From Acidobacteriota bacterium (GTDB lineage Bacteria > Acidobacteriota > UBA6911 > RPQK01 > JAJDTT01): a DNA stretch of 64,000 nucleotides. Positions 59,451 through 64,000 of the stretch are shown here, in pieces. The translations under genes were made by a program, and so were the position numbers. The notes below the pieces were generated by a model. The model was not told where the DNA came from and did not search any database. It saw nothing but the letters and a program-made list of their open reading frames with translations. The stretch lies in NCBI GenBank assembly GCA_965263035.1, contig OZ253580.1, forward strand, positions 2,368,001 through 2,432,000, written 5' to 3'. How positions within the stretch are numbered: the stretch's first letter is position 1; each line of letters opens with the position of its first letter.

Positions 59451-60433
59451 CTGTCCCGGACGCGCCGGAGCTGGTGCGGGTGGAAGGACTCAAGCAGTAC
59501 TATCCAGTGAACCGGGGCGTCCTGTTCCGGCGCCAGGTGGGTGCGGTGCGCGCCGTCGACGGCATCTCTTTCCTCATTCGTAAAGGAGAGACACTGGGGC
59601 TGGTGGGAGAGAGCGGTTGCGGCAAGTCCAGCACCGGGCGGGCCATCCTGCAACTGCAGCGTCCCACCGCCGGACGGGTTTTCCTGGACGGCGTGGAGCT
59701 GACCGAACTCAAAGGCCGGGCCCTGAGGCGCATGCGCCGCCGGATGCAGATGATTTTTCAGGATCCGTACGCCTCTCTGAACCCCCGGATGACGGCGGGA
59801 CAGATCCTGTCCGAACCGCTGGAGATCCATCAGCTGGCCCGGGGCCGCCGAAAAGAGAGGGTGCGGGAGCTCCTGGAGCTGGTGGGACTCAACCGCGGCT
59901 ACGCCGACCGCTATCCTCACGAGTTCTCCGGCGGCCAGCGCCAGAGGATCGGCATCGCCCGGGCCCTGGCCCTGCAGCCCGACTTCATTATCTGCGACGA
60001 GCCGGTTTCGTCTCTGGACGTCTCGATTCAGGCGCAGGTCATCAATCTTCTGGGGGATCTTCAGGAGCGGTTCGGTCTGACCTACCTGTTCATCGCCCAC
60101 GACCTGAGCATGGTCCGGCACATCAGCGACCGGGTCGCGGTCATGTATCTGGGCCGGATCGTCGAGCTGGCTGACCGGGATGACCTCTACGAGAGCCCTC
60201 TGCACCCCTACACGCAGGCTCTCATCTCGGCGGTTCCCCTGCCCGATCCCGACCTGGAAACCCGGCGCAGCAGGATCGTCCTGAAGGGAGATCCGCCCGA
60301 CCCGGCAGACCCGCCGGCCGGCTGCAACTTCTGCACCCGCTGCCCGGTTGCCATCGATCGATGCCACCATGAGGACCCCCCGCTCCAGGAGGTTCGACCG
60401 GGCCACTGGGCAGCCTGTCATTTGGTTGCATGA
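59447..60433 (+). CDS. oppF: Peptide ABC transporter ATP-binding protein
   Basis: [48 protein letters not shown]; TTG start overlapping the oppD stop. Confidence 0.92.
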   Translation: MTVPDAPELVRVEGLKQYYPVNRGVLFRRQVGAVRAVDGISFLIRKGETLGLVGESGCGKSSTGRAILQLQRPTAGRVFLDGVELTELKGRALRRMRRRMQMIFQDPYASLNPRMTAGQILSEPLEIHQLARGRRKERVRELLELVGLNRGYADRYPHEFSGGQRQRIGIARALALQPDFIICDEPVSSLDVSIQAQVINLLGDLQERFGLTYLFIAHDLSMVRHISDRVAVMYLGRIVELADRDDLYESPLHPYTQALISAVPLPDPDLETRRSRIVLKGDPPDPADPPAGCNFCTRCPVAIDRCHHEDPPLQEVRPGHWAACHLVA

Positions 60434-60458
60434 ACGTTCCATCAAGGAGACAAACGTC

Positions 60459-61064
60459 ATGAAGAAACCGATTGGTCTTGCAATTGTTCTGTTTTCGGCC
60501 TCCGTTTCCGTTCCCGGGGTGACCCAAACGTCACAGGCGGAGACGGACGCCATCGCCAGCATCCAGGAGAAAGGGGGGCTGGTGCTGGAAGTCGCCCAGA
60601 ATGACCCCAGCCTCGACATCGCCTTCCATCTGGCCTCGAAACCGGCAGAGGACGGAGACCTGGCGCCCCTGGAGCAGCTCACGAACGTGGTCAGCCTGAA
60701 CCTTCGCAAAACGGCCATCACCGATGCCGGCCTGGCCCACTTGAAGGGACTCAAAACTCTCCAGCGCCTCCACCTGGAGAAGACCGCAATCGCCGACGCC
60801 GGCCTGGAGCAGCTCAAGGACCTCACCAACCTGGTCTACCTGAACCTGTACGAGACGGCAGTCAGTGACGCGGGCCTCCAGCACCTGAAGGGCCTCTCCA
60901 AACTCCGTAAGCTGTTCGTCTGGAAGACCAAGGTGACCCAGGCGGGGGTGGACGGCTTGCGCAAGTCACTGCCCGAGCTGGAAGTGGTCCTGGGCCAGGA
61001 ACTCGCTCCCGATCCTCCCGAGAAGGCGACCGACAAGAAAGAAGAGAAGAAGAAGGCCGACTGA
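60459..61064 (+). CDS. Secreted leucine-rich-repeat protein
   Basis: RBS AAGGAG; signal peptide; four LxxLxLxxTxIxDAGLxxL 24-aa repeats. Confidence 0.85.
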   Translation: MKKPIGLAIVLFSASVSVPGVTQTSQAETDAIASIQEKGGLVLEVAQNDPSLDIAFHLASKPAEDGDLAPLEQLTNVVSLNLRKTAITDAGLAHLKGLKTLQRLHLEKTAIADAGLEQLKDLTNLVYLNLYETAVSDAGLQHLKGLSKLRKLFVWKTKVTQAGVDGLRKSLPELEVVLGQELAPDPPEKATDKKEEKKKAD

Positions 61065-61077
61065 GATCCGCCGTGGA

Positions 61078-61842
61078 TCAGACGCAGCCGGGATACTCCC
61101 GGCCCCTCAGCAGCCGATAGTTCGGTGCGGGCTTCGACGGGTTCGTCCACCTGGAGCGGGCGGTCATGTAGTGCACGGCGAAACCGCGTCTGGAGTGGTT
61201 CGTCCGGTTGGGCCGCGAGCTGTGCAGCAGCAGGCTGTGATGGAATGAGCAGCTCCCGGCCGGCATGACCATGGGCACCTGGGACTCCAGGTCCATGGCG
61301 CTCGCCGGAACCCGCTTGTCGATGCGGTCTCCGATCTGCCAGGGCTCGCCGTGGTCGACGACTCCCCCGAGGTGGCTGCCCGGAATCACCCACATGCCCC
61401 CGTTGGCCACGGTGACGTCATCCAGCGCCGACCAACAGGTGACCAGCGCCATGGGCTCGATGGTGAAATAGGCCGAATCCTGGTGGTAGGGCTTCTCGAC
61501 GCCACCAGGCGGCTTCATGAAGAGCTGGCTCTCGAAGAGCTTCACGTCGGGGCCGGTCAGGTCCTCCACCATGTCCAGAATGGCGTCGTTCCTGGCGTGG
61601 CGGAGAAAGACGGGATCGTTCTCGGCGCAATGGTCCAGCTTGCGAATCGTCTCGACGGAACGGCGGCCGTTGGCCGTGGGTTCCAACTCCAGATTCCCCT
61701 CAGGAAAAGGAACTCGTCCCTCGGCGATGTCCGCCGTTCGCTGTTTTAGCCGCTCCACGTCGTCCGGGGGGATGACGTTTTCCACGATCAGATAGCCCTG
61801 GGTTCGATACTGAGCGACTTGGGCTTCGGTCAGTTTCTTCAT
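61078..61842 (-). CDS. Phytanoyl-CoA dioxygenase family Fe/2OG oxygenase
   Basis: YRTQGYL, KPP, HQD, NGGMWVIPGSH, FHHSLLLHSS..N..RR. Confidence 0.9.
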   Translation of the reverse strand: MKKLTEAQVAQYRTQGYLIVENVIPPDDVERLKQRTADIAEGRVPFPEGNLELEPTANGRRSVETIRKLDHCAENDPVFLRHARNDAILDMVEDLTGPDVKLFESQLFMKPPGGVEKPYHQDSAYFTIEPMALVTCWSALDDVTVANGGMWVIPGSHLGGVVDHGEPWQIGDRIDKRVPASAMDLESQVPMVMPAGSCSFHHSLLLHSSRPNRTNHSRRGFAVHYMTARSRWTNPSKPAPNYRLLRGREYPGCV

Positions 61843-61886
61843 GTCCGGAAGTATAGCAATGGGAAGGAAAGAGGAAAAAGGAACAA

Positions 61887-62741
61887 CTACATAAAGCTGT
61901 AGCCGTGGACTACGGAGACGACGATGGAGAGGATGGTGAGGAAGATGCAGACGGCAGCAGCGGCCAAGTGATTCAGCCGCTCGGGTTGCATGGGGTCCAG
62001 CCAGCGAGCCAACAGGTAGCCCCCCAGAAATCCTCCCGCATGAGCCCAGTTGTCGACTGCCGGGAAGATGAATCCGAAGATCCCCATGATAATGGCGTAT
62101 CCTCGGGCCTGCCGGCTGATGTGACTGCCGATGCCGCGGCGGCCGGAGTAGACCAGTGCTCCCAGGAGACCGAATATGGGTGCGGAGGCGCCAACGGAGA
62201 ACATGGCCCCCCTGAGTGGTCCGGGCAGGAAGGGAAGATACATGCCGATCAGAGTGCTCAAGCCGAAGCCGGCCACGGTCGCTGCGGTGTAGATGAGGAC
62301 CATGCGGCCGGCGCCGTAGATCTCGGCGGTGACCGGCGCCAACTGGCGAACCCACATCAGGTTGAAACCGATGTGGAGCAGGCCGCCGTGGAGCCAACCG
62401 GCGCTGAGCACGGTCCACCAGCGATCGTACTGGAACACGGGAACGGCGCCGCTGGCTCCGAACAGGAACAGGCCGGTCTGGCTGGGAGACAACAGGGAGA
62501 ACATTCCTCTGCTCCCGGTCCCCGGGGAGCCCACGATCAGGGAGGCAATGTACAAGAAGATGCAACCCACCATCACCAGGCGAAGAAAACCCAGGTCATC
62601 GCCCAGGATCCGCACCAGGGGAGCAAATCCCCAGAGACCCGGGTTCTTGCTGCCGCACTCGTAGCACTCGGCGTCGTTGACTCCCACCAACCGGCCGCAT
62701 GAGCGGCACACCACCGAGCCGGCCCTCTGTCGTCTCAACAA
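61887..62741 (-). CDS. Rhomboid intramembrane serine protease with N-terminal zinc ribbon
   Basis: CRSC..CYEC; WLHGGLLHIGFN; GASA catalytic Ser; DNWAHAGG catalytic His. Confidence 0.9.
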   Translation of the reverse strand: MLRRQRAGSVVCRSCGRLVGVNDAECYECGSKNPGLWGFAPLVRILGDDLGFLRLVMVGCIFLYIASLIVGSPGTGSRGMFSLLSPSQTGLFLFGASGAVPVFQYDRWWTVLSAGWLHGGLLHIGFNLMWVRQLAPVTAEIYGAGRMVLIYTAATVAGFGLSTLIGMYLPFLPGPLRGAMFSVGASAPIFGLLGALVYSGRRGIGSHISRQARGYAIIMGIFGFIFPAVDNWAHAGGFLGGYLLARWLDPMQPERLNHLAAAAVCIFLTILSIVVSVVHGYSFM

Positions 62742-62798
62742 GGTCTTCTTTCCTCTCCGGACCTCAGCGGGAGGTTCCGTGCCTAGTGTACCAGCAAG

Positions 62799-62838
62799 CG
62801 GGCACCCACAAGGGGGGACCCACAAGGGGGGACCCTAC
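62799..62838. repeat. GTAG-type REP-like palindrome (degenerate)
   Basis: GGGCACCCACAAGGG...GGGACCCACAAGGGGGGACCCTAC; related to GGGCGACCACAGGGGTCGCCCCTA at 46853-46876. Confidence 0.55.
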
Positions 62839-63914
62839 TGCCGGAGAGCGACTTGGAATCGGTCCGGATCGAAGGAATCGGAATGCGCACGGTCCAGGAA
62901 TTTTCTGGCGGCGCGGCGGCCGACCTCCCAGCTCACTCCCATTCCATGGCCGCCCAGGGCGGCGACCCAGAAGAAATTCTCCAGAGTGGGGTCCCAGCCG
63001 ATGACGAAGGAGGTATCGGTGGCCTGGGTTCGAAAGCAGGACCAGACTCGTTCCTGAACGGAGTCCCTGAGGTCAGGCAGCTTGGACCAGCAGAGCCGGG
63101 CCAGCTCCTCGGTCAGGTCCGCATCCACAGTCGGTTCCAGGCTCTCGGTCTCGCCCTCGTCACAGACGCTGATGAGGAGTCCGTCCGACTCGGGCCTGAA
63201 ATAAAAATTGTCCGCCAAATTCCAGACGATGGGCCAATGTGGATTCACTCCGGGGACTCGCCCCAGGACGAAGAGGTGGCGCTTCAAGGGACGCATGGGG
63301 ACCCGCGAGGCGCCCGCGAGGCGACTGACCCGGGGCGCCCAGCCGCCGGCGGCGTTGACCAGGCGGTGGGCCGTGATTTCGCCCTGTGTGGTGTCGAGTC
63401 GGAACGGCCCCGTCCCCCGGCAGGCCCGCAGACGGCAGTCGAAGAGGAAGGAGACACCCCGATCCCGGCTTCCGGTGAGATAGAGCTGGAGCAGAGCGGA
63501 AATGTCCATGATGCCGTCCCCCGGTGTCCAGAGGGCGGCGCCGAAATCGTGGCGGTCCAGCAACGGGACTTTCCGGCGGGCTTCCTGCGGATTCAAGAGG
63601 TAGGATTCGATCCGGTCCGGCTCCCGCATGGCCTCCAACCGGTCCGGCGATGCCAGAAGTAACGACCCGACCTGACGAAAGCCCAGCTCCGACTCGTACT
63701 GGCCGTATGCCCGGCGACTGGCGGCGGCGGCCCGGCGAATGTCCTCCCGCACCTCGTGCTGCCGCACCATGGCGGCATTCCGGCCCGAGGCGTGGAATCC
63801 GGGCACCGATTCCTGATCGATCACCAGGATCGAGCCCGAGAACGACCGGCTCAGGTGAAACGCGGTGGAGGCGCCGGCAAAACCCGCGCCCACGATGAGG
63901 ACGTCGACCTTCAT
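62835..63914 (-). CDS. FAD-dependent oxidoreductase (DAO/sarcosine oxidase family)
   Basis: IVGAGFAG, ASGRNAAM, VNAAGGWA, YFRPE, LGGHGM. Confidence 0.9.
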   Translation of the reverse strand: MKVDVLIVGAGFAGASTAFHLSRSFSGSILVIDQESVPGFHASGRNAAMVRQHEVREDIRRAAAASRRAYGQYESELGFRQVGSLLLASPDRLEAMREPDRIESYLLNPQEARRKVPLLDRHDFGAALWTPGDGIMDISALLQLYLTGSRDRGVSFLFDCRLRACRGTGPFRLDTTQGEITAHRLVNAAGGWAPRVSRLAGASRVPMRPLKRHLFVLGRVPGVNPHWPIVWNLADNFYFRPESDGLLISVCDEGETESLEPTVDADLTEELARLCWSKLPDLRDSVQERVWSCFRTQATDTSFVIGWDPTLENFFWVAALGGHGMGVSWEVGRRAARKFLDRAHSDSFDPDRFQVALRQ

Positions 63915-64000
63915 CCGGGAAACCGTATCGGTTCCGGTGGGGCGAATTCAACAGGAACGGCGGTTTCCAACCGCCGACCAGGGGGGACAGGGGGGACGGC

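Noticed and set aside
1-64000. Many long antisense or alternate-frame ORFs in the track (e.g. 21-860+, 15518-17299-, 24679-26988-, 37017-39383+, 52184-54220+, 56600-58867+)
   Set aside because: They are shadows of real genes on the opposite strand, expected in high-GC DNA, and carry no recognisable motifs.

Overview
High-GC bacterial chromosomal window, most consistent with an Acidobacteriota genome. This is inferred from an Oar-like TonB-dependent receptor, CRTAC1/FG-GAP proteins, TPR paralogs and a PVC-type dehydrogenase. About 45 genes cover metabolism and the envelope: a GlcD-GlcE fusion with glcF, ilvC, pabB, mobA, a pyrE-like gene, a split Opp ABC system with an Eis acetyltransferase, and tRNA-His(GTG). 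There is no CRISPR array, rRNA or intact transposase. The non-coding DNA is unusually structured. (i) An accessory island at about 28.5-32.9 kb is partitioned by three same-orientation 20-bp sites (GGGGACAGTCACTTTCTTCC) into cassette-like modules: a TnpB remnant, a decayed toxin with DUF2283, an S8 protease, a transposase scrap and small TM/coiled-coil peptides. (ii) A ~130-bp unclassified element with inverted heptamer arms occurs in three copies, one read through in frame at the 3' end of the oppA-like gene. (iii) There are two MITE families, one with a clean 4-bp TSD and a 57-bp mini-derivative. (iv) A dispersed REP-like family has covarying stems. Protein oddities include a stand-alone aspartokinase-like domain lacking its catalytic motifs, a secreted triple-domain RidA, and a heme-c/Cu-monooxygenase/TPR fusion. 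All family calls come from manual motif recognition; no database searches were run.
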